NCBI RefSeq assembly: GCF_018350175.1
Contig: NC_058368.1
Span: forward strand, 128,032,001-128,096,000
Direction of reading: 5' to 3'
Length of the DNA: 64,000 bases
Source: Felis catus
Taxonomy: Eukaryota
The stretch's first letter is position 1. Every line of letters starts with the position of its first letter. The notes under the pieces are model-generated. The model was not told the DNA's origin, did no database searches, and worked only from the letters and a program-made list of their open reading frames with translations. Positions 24,115 through 38,107 of this stretch are shown here, in pieces. Both the position numbers and the translations under genes were made by a program.

Positions 24115-25390
24115 CTTCATTAACCTTTATCATTTCCTTATTCTCCTTTTAATAACCGCTGAATCTGTAGTGATATCACCGCTGTCATTCCTAATACTGG
24201 TAAACTTGAGGCTTCTATTTTTTTTTCCTGATCCATCCTGGCTAGTTGTATATGTCAGTATCACTGATCATGTCAAAGAACCACTTCTTTTTTTCATTAA
24301 TTTCCCTATTTTTCTCTGCTATCTAAGCTAGTGATTTCCACTCACTCAGGTTTCGTTGTTTGTTTGTTTGTTTGTTTGTTTTTGTTTGTTTAAGGTAGAA
24401 GCTGGGGTCACTGATTTGAGACTTTCTTCTTTTCTAACACTGGCATCTAGCCTCCTAAATTGTTCCCTAAGTACTGATTCATGAGCATCCGACAAAATTT
24501 TACATGTTGTATATGTATTTTTCATTCATTCAAAATACTTTCTACATTCCCATTACATTTTTCCTTTAACCCATGGTGCATTTTTATCCTATGGTTGCCT
24601 CAACAAATTACCACAAACTGGATATATGCATAAAACAACAAATATTTATTTTCTCACAGTTGTGGGGGTCAAGAGTCCAAAATTAGGGAGTTGGCAAGGC
24701 CACACTTCCTCTGAAGTTTCCACCTGAAACTTCACCTGAAGATTCCTCAGTGTCTTGCCTTGTCCACCTGTAGGTGGCTTCTGGTTATATAACTCATCTC
24801 TGCCTCTATCTCCGCAGGGGCTTCTCCTCCGTGTCTGTGTGTCCTCCTCTTCTTTCCTTTATAAGGACACCTTTCATTGGGTTTAGGTCCATGTGGATAA
24901 TCTAAAAGTATCTCATCTCAATATCCTTAACAATTAATTACATCTCCAAAGACCCTTTTCCCAAATAAGGTAATATTCATAGGTTCCAGGAGTTAAGAAA
25001 TGGACACACCATTTTGGTAGTCACAGATCAACACACTACACATGGGTTATTCAGAAGTATGCTATTCAGTGTCAAGATATTTGGGAAATTTCCAGAGATC
25101 TTTAGGTTATTCATTTTTCATTTAATTCCATTGTAGCTAGAGAATATACACTCCAGTACCCTTAAATGTGCTGAGACATATTTTTATGGCTCTAAAATAT
25201 AATTTATCTTCGTAAATTTACTGTGTAAATTTAAAATGGATGTGTATTTTGTTGTTAGGTGGAGTACTCTAAAAATGTCAATACGTGAAGTTAAATGATT
25301 GTGTCTTTCAAGTCTTCTATATCCTTACTGATCTTCTACTTTTTTTTCTTTTATCAATTAATGAGGGGTAGTGACATTTCTGACTATGAG
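24115..25390 (-). mobile_element. Old L1 ORF2 fragment interrupted by an MLT1 LTR
   Basis: Similar to 12750-13340 (ctgatttgagactttcttcttttctaa..., tttaattccattgt...). Confidence 0.75.
24577..25040 (-). mobile_element. MLT1-type solo LTR
   Basis: TG...CA ends, 5-bp TSD catgg at 24572-24576 and 25041-25045; aacaaattaccacaaact and ccaaataaggtaatattcataggtt motifs. Confidence 0.88.
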
Positions 25391-25939
25391 TAGTCTGTAC
25401 TATATTTTTATATTTTTAATACTATCTACATCTTGTAACCCAGGTTCACTGATCTCTACCCAGGTAGATACTTACTAACATAGTCTCCCTCTCTTCTACC
25501 AGGAGTCCTGCTCATCTTTTGTCTTATTTTGATTATATATTTCTACAGTTTGGGCTGATAGGCACAAGACAGTTGATTCTGCAAAAATTTCAGCTTCAGT
25601 TTTCACTCATACTTTAAAATTCAAAATATACTTTTTTCTTGTAAGTGTTATAAATTATGTTTATGTTCTTCATTTCACGAGCTGTCTGCTCCTGATCATT
25701 TGATGTAATTCTGGATACAATCAAAGCCACTTAAAAAGTTTTCTGAAAGGTACTAAGTGCTCTACTAAAAAGTTTTCAGTATTAAATATTTAAATAGAAA
25801 TGAGAAAACTGGTAACATTTTTTTCAAGTATCAGTTAGCAAATTCAAAAAGCAGATTACTCTAATTACCATTACTGAGAAGTTACGCATCATGAACTCAA
25901 ATTTCTCTTTATGAGGCTTAATGTAGCTTAACGCTTTAC

Positions 25940-26119
25940 CTCATGGGAGTTACAATATGGAAAGGAGATATAAAAGATTTGGGTTGATTGGTTTATATCA
26001 CAGCATGGCCTGCAAAATGTGCCAGGTCTCCCAGGGTGGCCACACTGTCTGAATAATTCGCCTCTGGGCTGTTGTTATATTTGAGAGAGGCAAATGAAGG
26101 TCCGTGGGCAACCATCTAT
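25940..26119 (-). other. Candidate 180-nt non-coding (5' UTR-like) exon
   Basis: Acceptor cttcttcttccttttctgtag|, donor GAG|GTAAAG; stops in all three frames; unique sequence. Confidence 0.5.
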
Positions 26120-27191
26120 CTACAGAAAAGGAAGAAGAAGGCCAGGAATGCATGAATTTCCGATATACAGAGTCAAGCTCACTACCAGAAAAAAAAAATC
26201 TTTTTCATATTCAGCTAGTTCTAAGAAACCAGCTGAATGAATACCTTGGAGTTCCATCTCAACACCAAAATACATAGTATCATCTATAACAGCTAGCACA
26301 ATAAATGGAAAGATGAGACACAAGGCAGCAAAATAATATGATAAAATGCAACTTGACACAGGAGACAAACTTCTATTACAATTATCATGCAAAAGTACAG
26401 TATATCCCCGTTTGGGAAACTGATTATTTATCTATTTATCACTTGCTCTGGTTCAGGTGTTATGCTAGGTAGTATAGGGAGGCATTAATATGCCTATTGT
26501 CTCATCTCCAAGAAATTAAAAATCAGTTGATGATAAAAATGACTAATGAAAGACAAGTTGGCCTGTATTGATGCTATTATAAAGTCTCTCAATAGGATTA
26601 TCACCTGAGCAAGAGGTCAAGGAGAGAATCTGCTACCTGGGAAATTCCCAAGAAGTAGCACTTTTTAGGGACATTTTCTTTGGCCACCAGACTCTTCCCT
26701 ATAGTAGTTGATTTGTGTGGGCCTTATCTATAATATTAAAGTTTGAATTAAGATATAAATGCAATAGATGAGAAAGAAGTGTGTGATTTTCTCCTGGCTG
26801 AAGGTTTAGAATGACTGGTCATGTACTCTGGGGATAGACTCTGTCACAAAAAGGAGTTTTTAGTGGCATTTCTTCTGGATAATCCAAGGCAATAGGACAC
26901 CCTCCCCATCTCCTATACCTGTAGAGACCAACTAAGGGAAATCTTTCTTCGGGATCCACGCTAGACAGGTTTACATGAGAATGCTTCTCCACTTAGGACA
27001 TCTAGAGTTGTAAGAATCGGAAACAGCTGACTCACCTTTCTTTCCACATGTAAAAGGGAGAGCAGTTATTGGCTTTTAATTTATCTTCATGTTAGAAGCC
27101 TTCTTATCTGACTGACACATTCAGAATATGTAGTTGGCCAATATATTAAATAAATATACTGAAGTCAACAATCTTTAAAAATAATACATTA

Positions 27192-27400
27192 GGGGAGCCT
27201 GGGTAGCTCAGACAGGTAAGCATGTGACTTTGACTTGGGTCATGATCCTACAGTTCGTGGGTTCAAACTCCATGTTGGGCTTTGTGCTGACAGCTCAGAG
27301 CCTGGAGCCTGCTTCAGATTCTGTGTCTCCCTCCTTCTCTGCCCCTACCCTGCTTGTGTTTTGTCTCTGTCTCTCAACAATAAATAAATGCTTAAAAATA
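27192..27400 (+). mobile_element. CanSINE
   Basis: Consensus motifs, A tail, flanking taaaaataata. Confidence 0.9.
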
Positions 27401-28042
27401 ATAGTAATACCTTAAATATTCTTTATGAAAACATTTACATGCACATAGTTTGCTACTTTTCTGATGCAGGGCCAAGGCCTTTGCTTTATCTACAGATACT
27501 CTAGTTAGATTTCTACATCTTATTAAACATATCCATTATGCATCCTCTACCATTTCCATTTTTGTTCTTTGTAATAAAGCAAGAAAGCTTAAGACACTTG
27601 AGAAGCAGTCTGAATCATTCCATGGTTCTTAGTCATTCATATTTTTCATAATCTCTGATGATGGGTTTAGCCACACCTAATTCAATAATTTTTGTCTATC
27701 AAAGCACCAGCATTTTATTTTAGTTTTCATGTAAACATTTCTCTTTACTTGCATATGTTATGTTAGTTTACAGTATAATTTGTTATATAATCAAAAAGCA
27801 AGTACAAGGGCCATCCACAGATTGGGGACTCTTAATAAATGCACACATGATGAGGGGACCTATAATAAACCAGTATGTATATAAAAGAAGAGCTTTCTAG
27901 AATGTCATAGACAATAGTATGTAGACTTTAAGGAGGAAAAAGAGAGAATAAGTTAATCTACTTAGCTGATTAAAAGCAGATGGGATAATAGAGATTTTGT
28001 TCTTCTTAAGCTGGTAGCTTTTGGAAAAGGCCTACTTATTTA

Positions 28043-28086
28043 GAAAAGGAAAAGGAAAAAGGAAAATGAAAAGGAAAGAAAAGGAA
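28043..28086 (+). repeat. (GGAAAA)n simple repeat
   Basis: Seen directly. Confidence 0.8.
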
Positions 28087-31000
28087 CCTGCCTTAAAAGT
28101 TCCCCTCCACAGCCAGAAAATTACCGTAATAAAAAGACACAAAAATAAACAAAAATTACACAGGAGGAAAAGTTAAAGTTCTCTGGAGGTTAAGAATAAG
28201 AAAAATTAAGTTTCAAAAAAATCAAGAGAGCAAAGGAGTAGCAGAAGAGGAAGTCTTCTGTCTCACTGCTTCTCTTGAAAAAAAGCTTGTGTGAATCCAA
28301 CACTACTAAAGTGAATACAAAGAGATACCATGAGCTTCAGTGCTCTTCCATCCAAGTTCATAGAACAATGTGGTGCTCCAACTTCTCAATGTCCTCAACA
28401 ATGAATTGCAATAAAAATGATCTTGAGAATTCCTTTGAGGTCCATTTGTACAAATTTGGACAAGTGAATGGCACTTATAATACAAGCCAGCAGACCACAT
28501 GACTGGCTTTGCAGGTTTATAAAAATGTGTAAATGCAGTCACCAGATTCCAAGATTTGAAAAGCATCTGAAAATACCTCACAGTGCTCTGATAAAAGAGA
28601 CAGAATGATTTCAGTCTTTCTGACCAAAGAGCTTTGAAGAAATAGTTAATGTTGATAAAGAAATTTTAGTTGGACAACTTCAGGTAAACAGGATGCCCAT
28701 TTCATACTAACTACACTTGCTCATTCCCTTCCCTGTGAGCTCAGGCATGGCTACAATCAATCTGCCAGAACATCCCAGAAAACATGATAATTCTTAAAAG
28801 TGCCGTAAAGAACTATTTAAGAACCAGTAGAATTAGTCTGTTTCCACAATGACAGAGGCAATATATACACACCCTGGAAGAAGCTATACAATTATACCAT
28901 TTCCATGAAATGTGATGAGCAATAGGAGATATTTAAGTGTATTTTCCAAAGATATCAAATTCCCCAATACTATTTATAATGACGAGACTAAGTCATAGCT
29001 CGTTTTTCTCATATTCATCTCCATAGATGTTCTTACTCCAAAGAATAGAGAAACTCACTTACACAAAATAGAACACTGTAAATTACCAACTTGGGTAAGA
29101 TGTGTGTCAGAACACCTGCAAATGGTATCTTTCTAGAAACCATAGCATAATATCATGTGTCCACTGAGTAATTCATCACTGATTATTTTTGAAACTCCAG
29201 TCCATTACACTGAATACCATTATAACTATTTAAGCATGAAATGTTTGCCCTCATTTTTATTCATATACTTCATGGACCATTTACTGTCAGCTATAAAATC
29301 ATTTGAAAGGTAATTGACTTTACAGCTGAGAAAAATAAGAAGCCTCCTCAACAATCTCAGAATACTGACTTAGTGTCTTCTAGGTAGGGATGAACTTAAA
29401 TGTCATATTGGGTAAAAGGTGACTTTTTAAACAAGTACTTAAAAAAAAAATAAATGAAAAGAGTAGCTTGCTGATGTTCAGCTTCCCCCTCCCTTAATAA
29501 TAATAACCTTAGCGACAGAGGGAAGGGAAGGTGAAAATGCCTGCAAAGTGTTCGGAGTTCAAAAAAAAAATAATTACTAGTGTCATAAGTGGCTTCGACC
29601 TAAACACAGGCTATCACTGGCCTCAGCCACAAGACAAAGCTTTAAAAACCATGAAAGGCTGGATTAGTGAGGCAGACATAACACAGGGATAGGACACCGT
29701 ATCTCACAGCAGGGCCTTCTACAAGATATGTTTTATTTTCCAAGAAATCCAGAACTTCATTACATTCAAGTCTTTAATGCCCACAATGGGTGCAAGGCAC
29801 TCTTCTAGACACCACAAAGTAACGCAACATGATACAACCTAATTTTGTGGCCTTCAAGAACTTAAGGACTGGAGGCAAGATAAATACATGAACAACTTCA
29901 GTACAAAGCTTATATTCAAAGGGTTACAAACAAGAACAAAAAAAAAAAAACAAAAATAAACAAAAAACACCCTCAGCTGGATTATGCAGCTCATGTAGCT
30001 GCCAGCTGGGCTGAGGAATGTTGACAATGAACCCAGTCCCTCCTGGCACTCTATGTAGGAGAGGCGCCCCCTTCCGGCCTGAGAACACCTGTAGCAGGTG
30101 CTTTTGTACAAGGCTTATGCATATGCTTCCCCCAGCGTAGGAGGTCTTCTAAGATAAGAAATAAGGTTCTGATCTATCCCATGTTCCAAGCACTTTAGTG
30201 TCTAGTACATAGGAGGCAATCAATAAATGTAGAATGTAAAAACTTAGTAAATTTAATTCCCACAATCTAGAATGAGCCACACTTCCTCTCCTTCTTTTTC
30301 ACTACGCAAACATATATCTAAATCTAAAAATCCAATCCAGCTCAAATGCCACTTCTTCCTTACAGCAGTGTCTTTTTTTGCCCCATTTTTCCACCTAGAG
30401 AAAATGTTTATTCTTTCCCTGGATATTTCTATAATTCATAACCCTCAAACTTCTGAAATGGTTTCAAATGGCCGGATTCCTAAATCGGTTATTGTCAATC
30501 CATCAGTATTTTGTAGGATTACTGCTATTTGTGTACCTTTATGTGTAAGCTCCTAGAGGGAGGTATCTGACTCTGACACCGCACATATGATGCCTTTGGC
30601 ATTCTAAGGGAGCACACATTTGTTGGTCTAACAACAGCTTAGTTAGAATCAATCCTGTGCCTGAGGTAAACACAATTTTGATTAAATGAAATTATACTTC
30701 TAGAAATAATTGAAAGATTCCAATGGAACAGGGGTGTACTTAACTTCTGCAACCTTCTGTCCTGCTAACACTGTGCTGTGTTTCCTCAATGGCTATTGAC
30801 ATTCGGGACATCCTACCACTACCTGCTCCAGGCACCATTTTCCTCTGATTAGTCTTCGTCCTGGATAATATCAAAAGAACATATACCAATGACCCTTCAT
30901 CTAGGTCTTATCTTATATGAAATACACTTAGAGTAAGAGGTTAAAAGATCATTTACCCCATAATAGTGGGCAACTTCTACCTTTAGCTTCCAAAATTCTA

Positions 31001-31369
31001 CACATTTATGCCTTTTCATCAGTCCCTGGGTAGGGAATCCCCTACAGAAATCAACAAAAATGCAAATGTGCTTTCTCTACTTCCAAAGTTTCAGGTTTCT
31101 TTATTTGGTCTTTTAGTTCTCAAACAAAACAAAAACAAAATGAAAAGTGCATTAAATGCACAGCTTTTAGCACATGCTAGGCACACAGGAAGGATCGGTC
31201 TAAAAATAGTGAATTGGTAAAACCTATCTATGCCAAGAACTTTTCTAAGTATAAGGTATCTTGTATATAACTGGGGATGCTGTTTCAGACACCAAAACAG
31301 TATCTGTTTTCCTATTTTTCTGTTCTGTTTTTCTCATGTACTCTGAGAATTCAAAACTCAACACTCAGT

Positions 31370-31612
31370 GGGGTGCCTGGGGGACTCAGTCACTTAAGTG
31401 TCTGACTCTAGATTTCAGCTCAGGTCATGATCTCATGGTTTGTGAGTTCGAGCCCCACCTTGGGCTCTGTACTAACAGCACAGAGCTGCTTGGGATTCCC
31501 TCTTTCTCTCTCTCAGCAGCACAGAGCCTGCTTGGGATTCTCTTTCCCTCTCTCTCTGCCCCTATCTGACACGTGCTCCCACTCTCTCAGAGTGAATAAA
31601 CTTAAAAAAAAA
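31370..31612 (+). mobile_element. CanSINE with about 40-bp internal tandem duplication
   Basis: cagcacagag(c)ctgcttgggattc...ctctctc occurs twice (about 31476-31513 and 31517-31556). Confidence 0.9.
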
Positions 31613-33602
31613 CACCTCAAAACTCATAAAAGTTTATTCTAAAAGTTTGAGAGTCATGCTGAGCAGTCTATAGCTAGTATTTTATGTTTTCATTTTGAAG
31701 TTTCTCATTTACAAGGAATCATTCATATTTTCTCCAGAGAACATAAAGCATTTTTGTTACTTTCAATTCCATGTCAAATTCATTTTATTCTTGACACTAC
31801 AACTATAATTGCGACTAGAACACTGAGGATCACAATAGTTATGAGTATTTCACTGAAGCATTTCATATTCACCAGACTATGTTACATATGTAACTTGTAT
31901 TTCTGAGAAGTCATTCTACAGAATCATCTTATAAATTGCTAATTTTCATAATAAACCAAAGCTGCTGATTCACCTAAGAGGAAACATCAAAGGAACACGT
32001 ATAATTGTATTTGAATCAACAGCTGCTATGCCCACTAAAATCTTCCCCCTGTCTCACAATGAAGACACACACCATCATGATGTTTGGGTGACTAAAAGAA
32101 GGTTCTTCTAAATGCAAACAGTCTAAGAATCAGTCATCTTACTTTCATGTCTTTCCACAGAGAGGTTTGACAAAACATGTTTTAGAAACGTGTACCATGT
32201 TAAAATTTGTCAGTTACTGGCAATGCTAACAAAATCCAATGTAGGGCTGCTTCTACAACTCCTTGAAGACCTAAAGAAATGTAAAAGAATCTAAGGTCCA
32301 GTATAATTGCACTCAGTGTGTCTCTGGGAGCTCAAAGCAAGCATGACATGCTGCCCTAACTGGAAAAAAAATTCTGGCTTAAATTCCAGACAATTCGAGT
32401 GATCCTAGAAATCATAATCTCTTACCATCTGTCTCTTCTAGTGTCTCCATCCCTAACTCCTGTTGTATTTTTCTCATCACAGCCCCAAAGTGCAGGGCCT
32501 GCTCTGAAGGTTATCATTTCTTTCCCCAATGCTGTAGGACAGATTTCCCTACTGCTAAAATAGCAATAAAATATAACTCTTGCCTACTAATTACTGAGAT
32601 AGTTATAGAATCTCCTATTGGACCATCCTGTAGTTAAGTGTTTAAAACTCAATTAAAATGCAAATTAACAGTAGACAATGTAGCAATTATGGCTATATCA
32701 TGACAAGAGAAAAGGTTGGTTTCATGCAAGAAGGTAAATTTTTGGAACTGTAACAATGTGTAGTTATTTCCATTTTACAGAATTTTTTATGGTCTGAAAA
32801 GGAATCAGGAAATCACAGGTAAAATAGTGTCAGATTAGGGCTTCCAATCATTCAAAAATTGTCACCTTAGAGACACCACAATTTTGGCAATACATCTTTT
32901 AATTTCATGTCCCTAAATTGATTTTTCTTGAATTGTTAGATTAGGTGGGTTAATGTACCAAAATTCTTTGAGTTCTTCAGGGAAAGATGAAGGGCACTTG
33001 GTGCAGTAATTTACTAAAGAAAAAGAAACATGTCTCTAGATGTTTTACAGATGACTGTTGAATCACAAAGAGATCTGTATCTGCCCATATCAGATGTGTG
33101 AATGTAGTGATATCTATTAGTAGCTTTAGCAAAACACATTACATACATACAGAACATATGCTTATTCCATCTGGCTGGCCATTTCATACAATAGTGGCCC
33201 ATGGTCAGAGTGGGTAGAGGGAAGTGAAATTAAAATACGAGAAGACCAAAATCCATAAGAGAAAAAAGGAAGGCACAAAACATCAAAGAGGGAATCATAT
33301 GAGAAGCAGATAATTATAAACTAATAGAATGGAGGCTGATTCATATTCTGAAGATCTCAAGGAGACAAAGTGTGAGCAAGGAAAAGAGGAAAGTAATGAC
33401 TGGTGAAAATTAAGAAATGACGCACACCAATAAGAATTGGCTGTGGAAGAGTAGAAAATAATTATGATTTGTCAACAAAGAATAATCCATATTTGAAAAA
33501 AGCTACACATTCACATGAAAAACATACACATAGAGGGACTAGCGGAAGAGTAGGTAGACACACATAAGGCAAAGGTATAATCACTTATTAAAAGTTTTTT
33601 CT

Positions 33603-34979
33603 GGCACAAAAATGGACTCACAAACATATGGCCAACTAATCTTTGACAAAGAAGGAAAGAATATCCAATGGGATAAAGACAGTCTCTTCAGCAAGTGGTG
33701 CTGGGAAAACTGGAAAGCCACATGCAGAAGAATGAACCTAGACCATTTTCTTACACCATACACAAAAATAAACTCAAAATGGATCAAAGACCTAAATATA
33801 AGACAGGAAGCCATCAAAATCCTCAAGGAGAAAGCAGGCAAAAACCTCTTTGACCGTGACCACACCAACTTCTTACTCAACACGTCTCCGGAGGCAAGAG
33901 AAACAAAAGCAAAAATGAACTATTGGTACCTCATTAAAATAAAAAGTTTCTGCACAGCAAAGGAAATAATCAGTAACTAAACAAAAGGCAACTGATGGAA
34001 TGGGAAAAGATATTTGCAAATGACATATCAGATATAGGGTTAGTATCCAAAATCTATAAAGAACTTATCAAAGTCAACACCCAAAAATCAAATAATCCAG
34101 TGAAGAAATGGGCAAAAGACATGAATAAACACTTCTCCAAAGAAGACATCCAGATGGCCAACTGACTCATGAAAAAATGCTCAAAATCACTCTTCATCAG
34201 GGAAATACAAATCAAAACCATGATGAGATACCACCTCACACCTGTCAGAATGGCTAACATTAACAATTCAGGCAACAACAGATGTTGGCTAGGATGCAGA
34301 GAAAGAGGATCTCTTTTGCATTGCTGGTGGGAATGAAAGCTGGTGCAGCCACTCTGGAAAACAGTATGGAGGTTCCTCAAAAAACTAAAAATGGAACTAC
34401 CCTATGACCCAGCAATTCCACTACTAGGTATTTATCCAAGGGATACAGGTATGCTGTTTCAAAGGGACACATGCACCCTAGTGTTTATAGCAGCATTATC
34501 TTCAATAGCCAAAGTATGGAAAGAGCTCAAATGTCCATCGATGGATGAATGGGTAAAGAAGATATAGTGTGTGTATGCACATATATATATATATATACAT
34601 ACACACACAGACACAATGGAATATTACTTGGCAATCAAAAAGAATGAAATCTTGCCATTTGCAACTATGTGGATGGAACTAGAGGGTATTACGATAAGCG
34701 AAAGTAGAGAAAGACAAATATCATAAAGACTTCACTCATATGAAGACTTCAAGACACAGAACAGATGAACATAAGGGAAGGGCAACAAAAATAATATGAA
34801 AATAAGGAGGGAGACAAAACATAAGAGACTCATAAATATTGAGAACAAACAGAGGGTTACTGGAGGGATTGTGGGAGGGGGGATGGGCTAAATGGGTAAG
34901 GGGCAACAAGGAATCTACTCCTGAAGTCACTGTTTTACTATATTCTGACTTGTATATAAATTAAAAAAATAAATTAAAA
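33603..34979 (+). mobile_element. 5'-truncated carnivore/felid L1 (3' ORF2 and 3' UTR)
   Basis: YGQLIFDK...WCWENW ORF2 translation; TSD aaaagttttttct at 33590-33602 and 34980-34992. Confidence 0.95.
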
Positions 34980-36393
34980 AAAAGTTTTTTCTCCCAACGT
35001 ATTAAGGGATACAAAATAAAAGCACAGACTAGTAACACAAATAGAAAAATAATACTAAGTGCTATAACATAAGGACAGAGGCCTGAATGTTTTCTAAAGA
35101 ACAAAATGTTCTGGACTGTCTCGAAGGAATGTGAGGAAGCATCACAAATTGTTAGGATCCTGTTGCTGGGTCTCCCACTGGTCCAAACAGCAGCATCTTT
35201 AATGAGCAATGACCTAGGTACTGACTCAACATCTTGACATGACCACAAACCATCTTGACATTGCCAACCTCCATTAAAGACTGATAATATTGGTTCCAAT
35301 CTTGGATATTTTCAGGGAAGTGGAAAACACATTAACTATCTACCTTCGTTAGCTGTAGTTTTAAAGCAATGATATTCCAAAAATAAAAGCCAACTATATG
35401 GCACAGATCAAATAGCAAACTACTAATGAGATCTCCTATTCAGGTAATATCAGTGTAAGATTACATTTGCCACAAAATAGAGTTCTTTGTACAAAATAAT
35501 CAGTATCAAAGGATATCACTTGACTCCACAAAAAAAAATAACTTCTCTAAGTTAAATGTCAAAACCATAACTAAAAATAAATACCCAAACATAATAAAAC
35601 CTGTTATTATAAGAGAGATAAGAATAAAATCTTCAGAGAAGAGATTTTGTTAATCATTAACAAAACCCTAAAGCCCTAAAAGACAAAGGCATGAACAACA
35701 GGCTTGTAAATTCCAACCTCATTAGTCATCTACTATATGCAAACTAAAACAATGATATTCCATCTAAAATAACAAACAGATTATAAAATATAAGTTTGAT
35801 GAGTGGACAATGACACAAGCATATCTATATCTCTCTACTTATAGAAAACTGCTTTTTTGGAAGAGCTTCTGACCTGGAAGTTTCAAAGCTGGGAATCTAT
35901 TCTAATAATCCAAAATGCAGATCAAAATGTATGCACACACGTTCCCTAGAAAAACTATATAAAATACAAGGAAGTGTCCAACAAAGAAAGAATGATTATA
36001 TTATGATACGTTGGTATTATATGGATAGTATTTTTAGTTACAGAGGAGAACATTTACAATAAAATGCTAAGTAGAAAAATAGGATTCAATATTTTATATT
36101 AGGTATGGTGTGAAATGCTGTGTGTGTGTGTTCAGGTCTATACCCAAATATACATAGAGAAAATCACATGCTGAAATAGCTCTACAAAGAAGTATCAACT
36201 TTTAATAAGGAAAACACATAATTAAAGGAATAAAATTTTCACTCTTTTCCAATAATGCCATGCAACCACAGCTAAATATCATTTTGGACTCAATAAATGT
36301 GGTTTAGAGAAACAGGGCTATGACAATCCAGACATGGAATAGGCATGGCTAAGTAAAGCCTGTCTTCACTACATATAATCAAGTCTTTTTTTT

Positions 36394-36540
36394 TAATTTT
36401 TTTTAATGTTTTTATTTATTTTTGAGACAGAGCTCTGAGCTGTCAGCACAGAGCCCGACGCGGGGCTCGAACTCACAGACCGTGAGATCATGACCTGAGC
36501 CGAAGTCGGACACTCAACTGACTGAGCCACCCAGGCACCC
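36394..36540 (-). mobile_element. CanSINE with internal deletion of the CT-rich segment
   Basis: gagacagag joined directly to ctctgagc; flanking repeat caagtctttttttt at about 36380 and 36543. Confidence 0.88.
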
Positions 36541-36549
36541 CACAAGTCT

Positions 36550-36750
36550 TTTTTTAAATATTTTTGAGAGAGAGAGCACACACGAGCACAGGGGAGGGGC
36601 AGAGAGAGAGGGAGACAGAGAATCTGAAGCAGGCTCCAGGCTCTGAGCTGTCAGCACAGAGCCTGATGTGGGACTTGAACTCATGAACCGCGAGATCATG
36701 GCCTGAGCAGAAGTTGGACACTTAACCCACTGAGCTGCCCAGGCACTCCA
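36550..36750 (-). mobile_element. CanSINE
   Basis: Reverse consensus motifs. Confidence 0.9.
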
Positions 36751-37529
36751 CAAAATAGTCTTTCAAACAAAACTGAAAGCCCAAAATTTTCAGGATATCA
36801 AGTAACACCTATGATATCAAGTGACACTTTCAGAGACTTGCATTGTAAATGAATTGATACTATTTATCAATGCCAAAAAAAGCACGAAGGTTTTAATTTC
36901 TCTCACTTCTACAACAAGCTTCCATGATCATGTTGTAATTAGAACATATGAGTAACTCTCAAATGTCTCATCTCTATTATGACATGGCTCAAACTGAAAT
37001 AGGTCCTGGTGGATGATGTATATTGAAGAATAATAAACTTTCCTGATAATTTGAGGTAGGGGGCGAAATCTGTTCTTTAGTTATTGTGTCTTTCTCCTTA
37101 GCCATGTTCACTTTTAAGGGTATAACTTCTTTTTATTTTTCTTATCAGCAAAAGTGATGAACTATTCCTTAAACAATCCCTATTTGAAGACTGATTAAGA
37201 AGATTTCTGAGCATTGACTACCACTTTACTTTTACTTTTTGTTAAAATATTAAATAGACAAATAGAATTCCTGCACTTAAATTTATTTTGTATTGTATGA
37301 CAATATGTTTATGTGATGCTTTGTAAAAGACAGTAACAATCAAATCCAAATACCAGTAACAATAGGAGAATTTTCCAAGGTAAAAGAAAAATTAACAATA
37401 TCCACATTTTGAAGAATTATTAAAATTAAGGAATATTACTTTAATTAAATGACATCTAATTTTGCCTCCTATGGCCATTTGTAACTTTGAAAATACAACT
37501 ATTCTATTAAAATGGATCTAAAGACAGAC

Positions 37530-37722
37530 ATTTTTTTTAATGTTTTTATTTTATACTTGAGAGACAGAGACAGCGACAGAGTTTGAGTGGGGGAAGACCA
37601 CAGAGATGGAACTGAATCAGGCTTCAGGCACAGAGCCTGATGTGGGGCTTGAACTCACAACCTGTGAGATCATGACCTGAGCGGAAGTCAGACACTTAAC
37701 CAACCAAGCCACCCAGGCACCG
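37530..37722 (-). mobile_element. CanSINE (diverged)
   Basis: Reverse consensus motifs. Confidence 0.85.
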
Positions 37723-37892
37723 CTAAAGGCACACTTTTTAATGACATTCAAATAATATTTTTAGAAAAACTTCAGTCCTTTAGAAATATTATAGTCTGTA
37801 CAATTTTTATTTATCACATTTACTAGTTAATTTTATTATTTGATGCTACCTGCATTTTCTCATTTTTACATTTATCCTAGACAACTGTTTTA

Positions 37893-38107
37893 TCTTTTTT
37901 TTTTTCAACGTTTATTTATTTTTGGGACAGAGAGAGACAGAGCATGAACGGGGGAGGGGCAGAGAGAGAGGGAGACACAGAATCGGAAACAGGCTCCAGG
38001 CTCTGAGCCATCAGCCCAGAGCCTGACGCGGGGCTCGAACTCATGGACCGCGAGATCGTGACCTGGCTGAAGTCGGACGCTTAACCACTGCGCCACCCAG
38101 GCGCCCC
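37893..38107 (-). mobile_element. Young SINEC_Fc-type SINE
   Basis: 15-bp TSD tagacaactgtttta at 37878-37892 and 38109-38123. Confidence 0.95.

Noticed and set aside
27019..27040. Strong minus-strand donor AAG|GTGAGT
   Set aside because: No matching acceptor within exon distance
28472..28488. ttataatacaa resembling the miR-374 5' end
   Set aside because: Only 11 nt match and no hairpin partner arm
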